A stretch of DNA of 63,703 nucleotides, the filler included, from Octopus bimaculoides (taxonomy: Eukaryota): NCBI RefSeq assembly GCF_001194135.2. It is 7 parts of 6 records of this genome, joined end to end, with 100 filler letters (N's around TTAATTAATTAA, not from the genome) between each part and the next. Parts side by side here need not be neighbours in the genome. Positions count along the whole stretch, not along the records: positions 29,633 to 54,066 come from NC_068987.1; 6 more parts are not named here. The stretch is one strand, 5' to 3'. This document shows, in pieces, positions 38,925 to 50,919 of the stretch (positions are counted from its first letter, which is position 1; each line of letters opens with the position of its first letter). The translations under genes were made by a program, and so were the position numbers. The notes beneath the pieces are model-generated. The model was not told the origin of the DNA. It saw nothing but the letters and a program-made list of their open reading frames with translations, and ran no database searches.

Positions 38925-39126
38925 ATAATGTAGTTCTCAGGGAGATTCAGTGTGACAAGGCTAGCCCCTTTGAAACATAGGTGCTACTTATGTTTGCCAA
39001 CTGAATGGACTGGAGCAACGTGAAAATAAAATGTCTTGCTCAAGGATACATCACAGTGCCGGGAATCAATCGCATGGCTTTATGATTGTGAGTCAAGTAC
39101 TCTAACCATTAAGCCATGCACCTTCT
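38925..39126 (-). mobile_element. tRNA-derived SINE, diverged
   Basis: Head GAAGGTGCATGGCTTAATGGTTAGAG on the minus strand; body TTGAGCAAGAC...GTTGCTCCAGTCC; shares GTAGTTCTC(A/G)GGGAGATTCAG with the 12049 copy. Confidence 0.7.
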
Positions 39127-39446
39127 CAATATCATAAACTTAAACCTCATTGTAAGCATCATTTCAACATTTATTTTACTCACATGAATCAATGAAACTA
39201 ACTTTAGAAAAAATAAAATATGAATCATAAACGATGGTAACTGCTGTAGTAGGATAGTGGTGTGTTACACACGATCACCATGGCAACTGATTATATACTT
39301 CAAGCTATTTAGTTACACTTCTTCACATTCTGAATTGAACTTCCATCCTTATCAACAGATCAATAAAAAAGCACCTGGGGTCAATTCAATCGTCTGTGTT
39401 CTGCTCCGTTGGTTTGTGGCCTTGTGATAAGGTAATGAAAAATTTT

Positions 39447-42050
39447 TATTATTATTATTATTCATATACACACAACAGATTAGACTATTGGAAAAGAAAC
39501 AAATCCTAACATCAGGCTACAACAAGTAGCCTTAGATGCTAAGAACCTTCCTAAGTATTCTAGCTGTCCCTAATAACACTGTTTTCTGCAGCTGTACAAA
39601 ACTGGGTTTTATGCCTATTTCCTCTATCCATCTGTTCAGATTTTTAGTGATAGTTNNNNNNNNNNGTTTTATGCCTATTTCCTCTATCCATCTGTTCAGA
39701 TTTTTAGTGATAGTTACCAATGCACCTATATCTACTGGGATACATTTTACCCACACTTTCCATAGTCTCTGTAATTCAATGTCTAGGTCCTGGTACTTTG
39801 CTAGTTTTTCTATACCTCTCATATTGATTTTTTCATCATTTGGGACTGTAAAGTCAATTATCTGGCACTTTCTATTCTCTTTGTCTTCTACTACTAAATC
39901 AGGCCTTCTAGCTTTTATTTACTCTATCAGTCTGAATGTTAAAGTCCCACAACATCTTATATTTCTTACTTTCGAGTACTTTACTAGTTTCATCTTCATG
40001 CCATTTATCAGTATGTTCAAATCCTAGCTTTCTACATAGCTCCCAGTGGATTGCTCTCCCTAGATTATCATGTCTTTTCTTGTATTCTTTCGGTGCCAGC
40101 ATCTTACATTCACTTACTATATGAGTAATGCTTTCCTCTTTTGATTTGCACAATCTATATTGGGAAGCTACTTGGTTTTTGTCTATCTTGGCATTTATCC
40201 AATTAGTCCTTAATGCTTGATCCCGTGCAGCTACTAACAAACTTTCTGTCTCCCTCTTCACTACTACTTTTCCTAACTGTGTGTTACCTGAGTAGAGATC
40301 TACATTCCATTTCTTCATGCTAAAGCTAATTAATTCTCTTATGTTGTCTGCTATACTGACTATACTCAAACATTCACTTATCCATGAGTGTAAGACCATT
40401 TCATAGGCTTTCCTATAATCTGTCCATTCTATTGTTAGATTTTTCTTTATAGCTTTAACTTCATTTAGAACTGCTTTGTCTATATATAATAGATCATGCA
40501 TTCCACTAGTCTTCTTCCAGCAACATTTCTGTTCTTCTAGTAGTAAATTCTGGTGTCAAGGTGCTCGTAAATGCTTTCTGACCGCATTCCTGTTAACAGC
40601 TTCCACACTAATGGTAAGCAAGTGTTTGGTCTATAGTTGCTAGCTGTATTACCCTTGCTCTTATCTTTCATAATGAGTATTGTCCTCCCACTAGCCATCC
40701 AGTCTGATATTATTCTTCCATTAAGGCAACCCTGAAGTTGTTCCCTCAGCCTCCCATATAAACTACTGAATATCTTCAGCCAATACCCTTGAACTAAATC
40801 TGGTCCTGGACCCTTCCAATTCGGCATTTATTCATTAATGCACTAGTTAATCTTAGATCTGGCTGCTTTTCACTCACTACTTCTTTCTTCACCTTCTTTA
40901 ACTATACTGCATCTCCATTATGATTGACTGGTTTACCCCAAATCTTACTCCAGAATTTTCTAGCTTCTTCTGCATTAGGTTTCTAATCTTCAGTATTCTG
41001 TTCTTCACTATTTGTTTGATCATAAAATCTCCTCAGGTCTGTCTCAAATAATCTATTCTGTTAATACTGATCTATTCTCTCTTGATATCTGGAGAGCTTG
41101 CCTGTTACTGCTATGATAAGCTGTTTCAACCCTTCTAGTACTGTCTCATATCCTTTCTCTTTCACTAAGTATCCTTTCTCGAGGGAAGATTTGCATCTTG
41201 TGTTTCCTAATTTGTTTAGTTTCCAGGTTTCTCTTCTACTCAGATCTTGTCTTTAAGTCTTCACTTTACTTTGAAGTCTCCTTTTCCACATTTGCTCATT
41301 TTTACTCTTTTCCTCTGAGAGAGCTAATCTTCTGATGACTACAACTCCTCCTACAAAGATCAATAAGTTAGTGTCTTCTATATTTTCACTATCAATCCCA
41401 TTGATAACAAAATCTATTTTCCTAGTCGTTTCTAGCAGCTGCCTTCTGTTGGTACCTTTTTAATCCTGGCAATCTTTTTCTTACTTCTTTACTCATTACT
41501 TCCTGCAACTCATCTAAAATCTTCCTCACTTAAGTCGCTGTTGCCAGTTGTCCCTTCTTTATTGATGGCGCTATTATTATTTTTCCTTTATGTTCTTCTT
41601 TAGTCTGAGCTGTGTCTCTTATGTTATTGTTTGTCTGTCCCACTGCCTGGTCCTTCTTTTCCAGTTCTCTTGTGATCCCTTCTGCCTCCAATTCTGTCAT
41701 CCACTTTCTTCTCCCAATAGTATTAGCTTGATCAACTAGTCTCTGCTCAGTCACTTTGAACATACCCTTCTCTACCCAAAATGTTAACATCCATTTTCTA
41801 TAGCCCCTTCTTTTAGGTTCCACTTTCTAACTAGTACTGCATCACTATCCTCTTTTCTTCGCTGGTCCACTTCCTCCTCCTTACTCTATTACCTGCTGAT
41901 GCTGTGTTAGGATAACAGCTGTAGTCAGTTTGCATCTTTACTGAACCACTCCCAAGCAAGAGGTCTTCCCTTAAAGGTCCAGCTTCATTTTCGCTGCTAC
42001 AACTAGAGTCCCTTCAGAAACCCCTGTCTCTCATAAACTGAGGTAAGGTA
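39447..42050 (-). mobile_element. Near full-length R4/Dong-type LINE, internally deleted and inactivated
   Basis: N-terminal RRKWT..EKRIVM..PKRRGYRK; MPNWKGPGPDLVQGYWLK...NYRPNTCL; DYRKAY; ETESLLVAARDQAL; zinc knuckle region ESITHIVSECKML..KEYKKRHDN; LWDFNIQTD; KLAKYQDL...LQKTVLLGTARILRKVL*; (AAT)n tail. Confidence 0.92.
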
Positions 42051-42489
42051 ACATTCATCACCACCATTATTTTTCAACATCAGAAAGTTTCAAGCAACTT
42101 TCTATTGCCCCTTTGTGCTTGTGGGGTGGGGTGTGCTGCATTTTGGCGGGGCAGTGGGGTGGGGGTGATATTGTATTGCATCAGTACATTTTGTTATAGG
42201 GTTTGGTTTGAGTTTTCTGTTGCATTACTTTTTGTATTGTGTGTTGTTTGTGTAGCACAGGTTGTGTTCTTCTGTCGGGTATCGGCCTTCTATGGCACAT
42301 GTTGTGGGCTTTGTTCATTTTGTTGGGTATTTACAGTAAGAGTTTATTCTTGTATGCTTTTGGAGAAGTGTTGCATTGTAGTGTATGAGTGTGTGTAACC
42401 CCTAAATCAACTATTTTATAGTATTTATGATTATCTGTCCCCTGTTCTTTCTCTTTTGGTTGGTTTTGTTATGGGTTCCATTAATTACT

Positions 42490-42630
42490 ATTACCATTAT
42501 TATTTTCATTATCATCTTTCAGTTCTGTTTCCTTTTCTTGCTGAGTGTCTTCCTGACACCTAGGGCATAGAAATGCACTGTATACATTTGTAGGCCATAA
42601 AAATAAACATGCCATATTGTTGTTATTATT
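42490..42630 (-). mobile_element. 3' UTR-only copy of the 15322 R4/Dong subfamily
   Basis: TGCCCTAGGTGTCAGGAAGACACTCAGCAAGAAA (minus strand) matches TGCCCTAGGTGTACGGAAAACACTCGGCGAGAAA at 15645-15678; AAT-rich flanks. Confidence 0.65.
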
Positions 42631-43087
42631 ATTATCATCATCATCATCATCATTATTATTAAGGTGGTGAACTGGCAGAATCGTTAGCACGCCAGGTGAA
42701 ATGCTTTGTGGCATTTTGTCTGTCTTTACATTCTGAGTTCTGAGCGATGGTGACGACGATGACAATGATGATGACGATTGCTCTGGCCGATGCAATAAAC
42801 TGCATCCGGTGTTGTGGCATTAACTGTCGAGGGAGAGAATCTCATTGTTTAATCAATCGTTTTTCTCACACAAGTAATTAAACCTTCTTCAGCTGCGAAT
42901 CCAGCACAAGTTTAGAACAAAGAATGGACCAGAGATTTATTTTCATTTAACGGACGTCAGCATGGAAAAGGAACATTAGAGAATGGAGAATAAATTCATT
43001 TTATTAGCAATCACCATCACCAGAAGACAATTGCTTCACATCGATCGCCATTAATGTATCTGTGAAGTTGTCTTTTATCTTTTACGA

Positions 43088-43533
43088 TTTACTTGTTTCA
43101 GTTATTAGACTGTGGCCATGCTGGGGCATCGCCTCGAAGGGAGTGAGTCAAACAGATCAATCCCAGGACTTATTCTGTCAACATCTTTTGCTGAACTGCT
43201 AATGTTATGGAGATGTAAACAAACCGACACCGGTTGTCAAGTGGTGGTGGCGGTGGCGATGGGGACAAACACAAACACATACATATGTATAAATTCACAC
43301 ACACACACACACACATATATATGACAGGCTTCTTTCAGTTTCTCTCNNNNNNNNNNACACATATATATGACAGGCTTCTTTCAGTTTCTCTCTGTCAAAT
43401 CCACTCACACAGCTTCGGTCAGCTCAGAGCTTTAGTAGCAGACACTCGCCCAAAAATGCCACAGGACAAGACTCAACCCAGAGCCATGTGGTTGGCAAGC
43501 AAGCTTCTGGACAAACAGCTGCACCTGCACCTA
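43088..43533 (-). mobile_element. SINE family A, full length
   Basis: Same head and tail motifs as 37705-38107; 10-N gap in the internal microsatellite. Confidence 0.8.
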
Positions 43534-43967
43534 TTTAATAATCTTTTCTCCTCTAGGCACAAGGTCCGAAATTTTGGGGGAGGGGGCCAGTCGTTTAGAT
43601 CGACCTCAGTATGCAACTGGTACTTAATTTATTGATCCCGAAAGGATGAAAGGCAAAGCCAACCTTGGTGGAATTTGAACTCAGAACATAAAGACAGACG
43701 AAATACCGCTAAGCATTTCACCCGGCGTGCTAACGTTCCTGACAGCTCGCTGCTTTGCACCTATTTAATAATAATAACAATAATCCTTTCAAGGCCTGGA
43801 ATTTGGGGTAAGGAGATGAGTCAATTACATCGAACCAGTGTCTCACTGGTACTTAATTTATCGACCCTGACAGGATGAAAGATAAATTCAACCTTGGCTG
43901 AATTTGAACTCAGAACATAGTGGAAGATGAAATACCACTAAGTATTTTACCCAGTGTGCTAACGATT

Positions 43968-44453
43968 GAAGCATCATGGAGGTGGCTTAACAAGAGTGAC
44001 CTAAAAAAGAATACTGAAAGCCTAATCATTGCTGCCCAGGATCAGGCATTGAATACCAACTCAGTGAAAAGGAATATATACCACACAAGTGCAACAGACC
44101 TCTGTAGAATGTGTGGGAAGAGGATCGAAAGTGTGACACATTGTTAGTGTTTGTGAAGATCTTGTGCTGAAAGAGTACAAGTACAGACACAGCAAGGTAG
44201 CCTAAAACCTCCACTGGCTGCTATGCTGGCAGCATGGATATAGAGTTACAGGTGCTTGGTACCGACATATAGGGGCTGCAATAAGGGTGGAGCACTTGCA
44301 GAAAACAGCACTGCTCGGAACCGCTCGAATACTCTGGAAGGTGCTCGAAAAATAAGAAGTGTTACCTTAGTTTACTGGTAGTGAACAACTGACACCGTAG
44401 CACATCTCCAGCGTTAGAAGATGTGCAAAGGCAATGATAATAATAATAATAAT
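43968..44453 (+). mobile_element. R4/Dong-type LINE 3' fragment, internally deleted
   Basis: SWRWLNKSDLKKNTESLIIAAQDQALNTN...LCRMCGKRIESVTH; EYKYRHSKVA; VEHLQKTALLGTARIL; (AAT)n tail 44436-44453. Confidence 0.88.
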
Positions 44454-44665
44454 CTCTACTATTGGCACAGGGCCTGAAATTTTGTAGGAAGGAGTTATTT
44501 GATGAGATCAAGCCTAGTGCTCATGTAGTACTTACTTCATTGACCCCCAAAAAGGATGAAAGACAAGTCTGACCTCAGCAGAATTTAAACTCAGAATGTA
44601 AAAACGGACAAAAGGTCGCTAAACATTTTGTTTGGTGCGTTAACAATTCTGCCATAATAATGATG
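44454..44665 (-). mobile_element. SINE family B
   Basis: Reverse complement of the family B tail and body (GGCCTGAAATTTT...GGATGAAAGACAAGTCTGACC...TTTAAACTCAGAATGTAAA). Confidence 0.75.
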
Positions 44666-47600
44666 ATGACGACCTTGCCAGAGACAGTGATCTGGTGCAC
44701 TGCAATTCGGCAGAAAAACGGTAAAAAAAAAGGGAGAGAGGAAACAGTCTTAGGGCAAGTAAAGAAAGGCAGTAATAAAGAAATAAACGGTGCTCTACAC
44801 TTTAACTGCTCCTTAAAAGTACACAGACACGACCACATGTGCCCTTCAAAAAAATCTCTCCTCACCACTCTCTTGACCCTACAAAGACATAAAAAAAAAC
44901 TGGAGGGTACAATTCGAACTTGAATGTACAAGACTGCTGGAAAAAAAAAAAAGACCATTCAAAGGGACATAACTCTGATAACCTTAAGAGAAAGCCATAA
45001 ATTTTCTTCTATGCGTTTCATTCTGATTTTTTTATAAAATATCTGAGATGAAGAGGCTTTCAGCTTCTAGTAATAAAGAGCCCAAGCTGTGCTATTCCAT
45101 TCAATCATATCTGATGATTGTTCATTTACCAATGTGAAACTGTTTGGTAACATGAATTGGCTGCAGGGAGACTAAATTTATAACGTTCTATAAAAGTATA
45201 CTCACTCTCTTATCTATCTACCAAAACTTGTTTTTATCCTGACAAATGAAAACAAGTTGGACAACTACATATACGGATATTTATTTATGCATGCATATAT
45301 CTGCATGTGTGTGCGCGCGCATGCACCATTATACAGTTTTATTTCAAGATTTCTTGTTAATAGAGAAAGAGCCAATTTCTAACCTGGATCTATCTCCACC
45401 TTTAGAGAATGTGACAGATGGCAATTAAGTGAAGGGAGATAATCTTCAGAATCAAACATTCTTCAAAAGTCAATATACCATCAAGGAAAAAGACAGGTTT
45501 ATTGTCTAGAAATAAGACAGTTGTGGACACATGTTTCTGCCTCATTAGCTGTCATCAGCACAGTAATGAGCCTAACCTATGTCCAGCAGCCAAGAGAAAA
45601 ACACAATTATGGCAAAGGTAATTGTGACATACAGCAAAGAGAAGTTGCTCAGAATGGCCAGAAACATACGGAGGGGACAGGGTGGATTCTGGTAGAACAG
45701 GTTGCTTCCTTGTAGACCAAAATTAAACCATTTGATGAATAGAGATTAATAAAGTCGTAAGGTCAATAGGATTTACCAAAACGATGGCAGTGAGGTCAAG
45801 TTGTGTTAGGTGAAGGCAGAGCCCCCACCGGGCATTGTTGCAGATCAAAGACTGAAACCAGTAACAGAATAGAAAAACATTCAGTTAGTAAACAGAAAAT
45901 AAAATGAAACCCTTTTTTTTTTTAAAGGCTTCAGAAATGTGTTAATAAACAAAGTCAAAAAACAAAAAGAAAACAAGATGCTTTTGTGTGATGTAAACAG
46001 AAATAACAATTTAAACTAGAATTTTGAATATATTGAAAACGTTTTATTATATAATTGTCCATAACCACTTACAGGGCACTGACCCTTATGATGGATTTAG
46101 TTTATTAAAAAATAAAATTCACGAGAAGTCTATCATTTGATTATTCTGGACAGTTTCTGTGTGTTTATAAATATGTTAAGAGTTGTTCTTATTTGGCAAT
46201 TGGCTTGGTCTGAGATTGTTCTTGTGTTCTGTTCTAAACAATTCTGTTTTATTCTGCAATAGTGTTTTATATATATATATATATATATATATTCTATGTA
46301 TTATATATGATATATATAATGTAGTAATGCACAATCTTTTACAGAAGGTACTCAACTAGATTCATGAAGAAAAATGCACAAACCACCAAATGGACATAAA
46401 ACTCAATGTGGGCCCTTAAAAATTTGAGGGTCCTCAGAGGAATATCCCAAATGGTGGTCTATGGGGACCAAGCTGTGCATCACTGCTAAAATGTGTCAAA
46501 ATTTAAATTATACATCATTGGAATGGTATATCTTCAGTAAAATAAGTGATAAAGATGTATTATGAAATATTTTGACACACTCTTTAGCATAGAATACTAT
46601 TTATAAAATAAAACAGGAATGAATACAATGATGCATGAATGTATGTTTGATAAAGCTATGACGCTCCAGCAACATTATTATTATTATTATAAATTTTAAA
46701 ATGGTTCTTGTTTTGAAACTGGTAGCAATATCTTTACTGATTTTTCCAAAAATGCTGCAAACTGAATTTTTACTTAAAATTTGTTCAAAGCAAATAAAAT
46801 ATGGCAATTTAGAACAAACATAAATATCTGCAACTAAATAATTCTTTTTAAAGAACTAAAAAGGGTTAACTTGTTGCTCAGCTAATATTTTCCCTAGATT
46901 GTAAAAATCCTTAGGATTGATGTTTATCCCTGGTTTCCAAAATATTGAGAAGTGAGATAAATATTCCCTTGGATAGATTGCTGAACCATCACAAACAGAT
47001 TTCCTTTAAAAGAAGTTGAACTCTGAACTCAGCACTTCCAACAACAAGCTACTCACTAATCGCAAAGTGCTCCCACAGCAATGAATTATTACTGACCATA
47101 CATTCTGAGAACTAGATGGATTTGGCCATTCATTAAGTATCCCAGCAACAGAGAACAAGACAAGGCCAACAACAATATGATACCAACTGGTAACTCCACC
47201 TATATTCATCCTTATTTCACTATTATCCCTAGGAGAGCCTGTGTTGTATTCAGAACCATTTCACTAATGTCTGATTAGTGCTAGGAAGAACTTGAACAAA
47301 ATACGAATGCCCAAAAGTTGTAATGTCTACCCTAATTAATTCCTTTATATTAACATTGGAAAGTTAATACAAGCAGCAGTAAACAAAAATATATTCGCTA
47401 AATGTAATGAAAATTTAGTTTAGAAACACCGTTTTTATTGAAGATATATACATATATATATCATGTCCTTTTATGTAAAAGCAAATTAGTGCTTTAATCC
47501 TGCTAAATAAGATAGAGATAATCCCAGTAAATTTAAAGTATATATATGTATAACAAAAAATATTCCAAGGGTGACAAGTTCAAAAGAAGTCTGGTTGGAC

Positions 47601-47771
47601 CACTTAGAATAAAGAACTCAAAGAAAAGTCTGAGAGTGAATAAAATATCTAATCTATTATCGTTAGTCCAACAAAACCTATTCTGTTGGTCAAATGATTC
47701 CAGACTAAATATCTTATAATAAAAAAATATACATAATTAAAAAATAGAGATCAAGAAAGATATTTTTTGTG

Positions 47772-47802
<31 letters not shown>

Positions 47803-48101
47803 TCTCTGCTAGAGTTCTTTTATATGTAGACTTTTTCTCAAGATTTTGAAATAAATCTGTACAAAAGTACAGTTCCTGATTGAGAAACATGCATTTAATT
47901 CCTTCGTAAAAAGAACCTTTAAAGTCAGGAACAAAGACGGTAAATTCCAGATCAAAGCAAAAGTTTTGATAGATTCTCACAGACCCAGTCTCATTCACAC
48001 AGCATAAAAATAAAGACAATCCTAACCAACTAAATCCATTGTGATTGCTCTGTTCTGGAACATTCAGATCTCTTCAAACATCATAAAAGGAAGAAATGGC
48101 A

Positions 48102-48149
48102 TTACATGGATGTATGGTCAAGTTGGACATACAACTGACGAACACCAGC
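48102..48149 (-). CDS. SLC30A7: Zinc transporter 7, last coding exon
   Basis: tttcag|AGVRQLYVQLDHTSM*; stop TAA at 48102-48104. The six exons total 678 nt in one continuous frame. Confidence 0.95.
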   Translation of the reverse strand, partial: AGVRQLYVQLDHTSM

Positions 48150-48534
48150 CTGAAAAAGATTGTAAACAAGGGTTGAGAGCAATTTCATGAATATATATGA
48201 ACGTATGGTTAACTGTTATCAATAGCAATACAATCTTGTTTACTCTCGTTTCAGTCAGTTGACTGCGGCCATGCTGGAGCACTGCCTTTAGTCGAACAAA
48301 TTGACCCCAGGAATTATTCCATTGTCTGCTTAGGCATGGTTTTTATGGCTGGATGCCCTTCCTAATGCCAACCACTTTTTAGAGTAGACTGGGTGCTTCT
48401 CCCCACTCAGGCCTTGTGCATATTGTAGAAACAATTGTTGTTGTTGTTGTTGCTATAGCAACAACCTTGAAATTCACTTTCTAACACAATTCAACACAAA
48501 GTATAAAATTAAATAATGAAATTCATATCAAATT

Positions 48535-48960
48535 CATCATCTTCATCATTGCTTAACGTACACTTTCCATGTTGGCATGGGTTGGATGGTTTGACTGAGG
48601 ACAGGCAAGCCAGAAGGATGCACCAGGCTTCAATCTGATCTGGCAAGGTTTCTACAGCTGGATGTCCTTCCTAACGCCAGCCACTTTGAGAGTGTAGTGG
48701 GTGCTTTTTACATGTTACCAGCAAAGGGGCCAGTCAGGTGGCACTGGCATCGACCACACTTGAATGGTGCTTTTTACGTGCCACCGGCATGGGAGCCAGT
48801 CAGGCAGCACTGGCATCGACCACGCTTGAATAGTGCTTTTTACGTGCCACCAGCAAGGGGGCTAGTCAGGCGGCACTGGCAAAGACCACACTTGAATGGT
48901 GCTTTTTACATGCCACTGACACAGGGGTCAGTCAGGCAGCACTGGCATCAATCAATGGTG
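48535..48960 (-). mobile_element. RTE-type tail element with four 66-bp internal tandem units, in the last ZnT7 intron
   Basis: GGATG(T/C)CCTTCCTAACGCCA signature; 22-codon periodicity in ORF 48697-48984. Confidence 0.75.
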
Positions 48961-49006
48961 CTTTTTACCTGCCAAATTGAATAAAAGAATAATAATTTGC
49001 ACTTAC

Positions 49007-49156
49007 CTGTGTAAAAATATTATGAGTTTGACTGAGGACATATTTGGAGTCAGCATCATTAGAAACTTCTAATTTTATAGTACCAACATAAACTTCACTG
49101 CAAAGAGTCCAGAAATGGGGTTCCTGCACACTGTAAACTCCTTCAAGTTGACTAAC
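49007..49156 (-). CDS. SLC30A7: Zinc transporter 7, C-terminal domain exon
   Basis: tttcag|VSQLEGVYSVQEPHFWTLCSEVYVGTIKLEVSNDADSKYVLSQTHNIFTQ|gtaagt; 150 nt; the HFWTLCS and LSQTHNIFTQ segments are characteristic of ZnT7. Confidence 0.97.
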
Positions 49157-49680
49157 CTGAAAGACATCATAAAAGAACGGTTAATTGTTTCAAATTAGAT
49201 TATGTTAACTTGTTTGAAAGAACGTGTTTTATTGATAAAAATACAATTATTGATGGTGTGATTTTACACCAATGTCAGAAATAGATGTGGCTGTGTGGCT
49301 TCTGAACCACATGGCTCTGGGTTGAGCCTTATTCTGTGACACCATGGGCAAGTGTCTTCTAGCATAGCCTTTGGTCGACCAAAGCCGTATGAGTGGATTT
49401 GGTAAACAAACTGAAGGTAGCTTGTAGTGTCTATTGGTGCTCCAGCATAGCCGCATTCAAATGAATGAAACAAGTAAAAGATGTGTTTATATTCCCATAA
49501 TGTAGCAGTTCGGCAAATGATAGAATTAGTTCCAGGCTTAAAAAAAAAGTACTGCATCCAACTAAACTTCTTCAAGGCTGTGCCCCAGCATGGCCACAGT
49601 CTAATGGCTGAAACAAGTAAAAGAATAAAAGACTAATTCCAAGGAACTAAGAACGTGCCAGTTTCAAGCATTTATTGAGA

Positions 49681-49910
49681 TTAACCCTTTCGTTACCAAC
49701 CCAGTTGAAACCACCTCCGACTCTGTTGTACAAATGTCTTGTTTTCATAAGTTCTGAATTAAAATCTTCCTGCAAACCTTAGTCACAATTTATGTTCCTA
49801 ACACTAGCTTAGGGATGATGAAGTTACTTTACTAAATTCTTTGTTATATTTAAAATCAAGTGAAAGAAACTCAGAGCAACTCAAAATAAATACAGTAACA
49901 AAAGGGTTAA
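49681..49910. mobile_element. piggyBac-like MITE (TTAA target duplication)
   Basis: TTAA-CCCTTTCGTTAC (49685-49696) ... GTAACAAAAGGG (49895-49906)-TTAA; TIR 11/12 match; partial copy at about 19590-19720. Confidence 0.85.
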
Positions 49911-49919
49911 AGAACATAC

Positions 49920-50010
49920 CCTTTGATAGCATCCAGGTAAAGAGGATTCTAGTTGTCGTGGGGTCTTTTGCATCAGAATTCCTGCAGAGTCTCTCAAAAG
50001 TGGTATTACG
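49920..50010 (-). CDS. SLC30A7: Zinc transporter 7 exon
   Basis: ttttag|(S)VIPLLRDSAGILMQKTPRQLESSLPGCYQR|gtatgt; 91 nt, phase 2 to 0. Confidence 0.95.
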
Positions 50011-50563
50011 CTAAAAGAGAACGAAAGTAATTGTGTTGTTAATATTTACAAAGTCAGCTGACATAGATCTGAAGATGTCTGCTTTCATTGATATACACCA
50101 TCACCAGCTAATGTCCACTTTCCATGGTTGCGTGCATCAGACAGAGGTTCTATGACTGGATGCCCATCCTGTCACCTACTTCCAATAATAAGAATGATTT
50201 GTGTGTGTGTGTGTGTGTGTGCGTGTATCTGATGGATTCTCTTGTGAACAACAAATAAATTTTCAGTAAAATCAAGCATTAATCATGTTCTATGGACATG
50301 AAGGTGTCTCTTGAGGCCTGCTGGTGTCTTGCAAACCTTTTGGCAAATGGGACAAGTGTTGAGGACTCAATTGGCTTGAGTGCTTGTGGATCGGTTACTG
50401 TGTTTTCTTGAGTGGATGGCAAGGCCTGCTTTGCATCATGCCACAAAATTACAATGATAGCTAAGGTTTGCATCTAAAGGAGCAGCAGCATTTTGCCAGC
50501 ATCACTTCATGCTTGTATGAAGTTGGTCCCAATGTTGGGAGTGGGGGTGTCAACTTTGTTCAA

Positions 50564-50613
<50 letters not shown>

Positions 50614-50919
50614 TACATACACATAAGGTTCTGCATGTATGTCCATCAGGCCTCACACTAAACACACCAGTAAAACTAGACTTAATTTCCTATATTAATG
50701 ACCGAGACATTTGGAGATATGCTGTGCTTGAGAAGACCTGACGAGCCAAGCGAGACCATGGCCTATGCCAGTGGGTGTAACCAGCCCACTTATGAATACC
50801 CCTCATTCATTGGACAATAAGCTTTGCTTGCAAAGACCTATTGAGGCAAGTGAAATCAAAATCAAAACTGCTGACAAGGCCAATGACAGTACCACCTGAT
50901 TGGCATTCGTGCTGGTGGA

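Noticed and set aside
50736-50760. Hammerhead-like CTGACGA-GC-CAA-GC-GAGAC in an RTE 3' region
   Set aside because: GAGA instead of GAAA, a 2-bp stem II and no stem I; related copies (about 12540 and 50840) do not keep the core.
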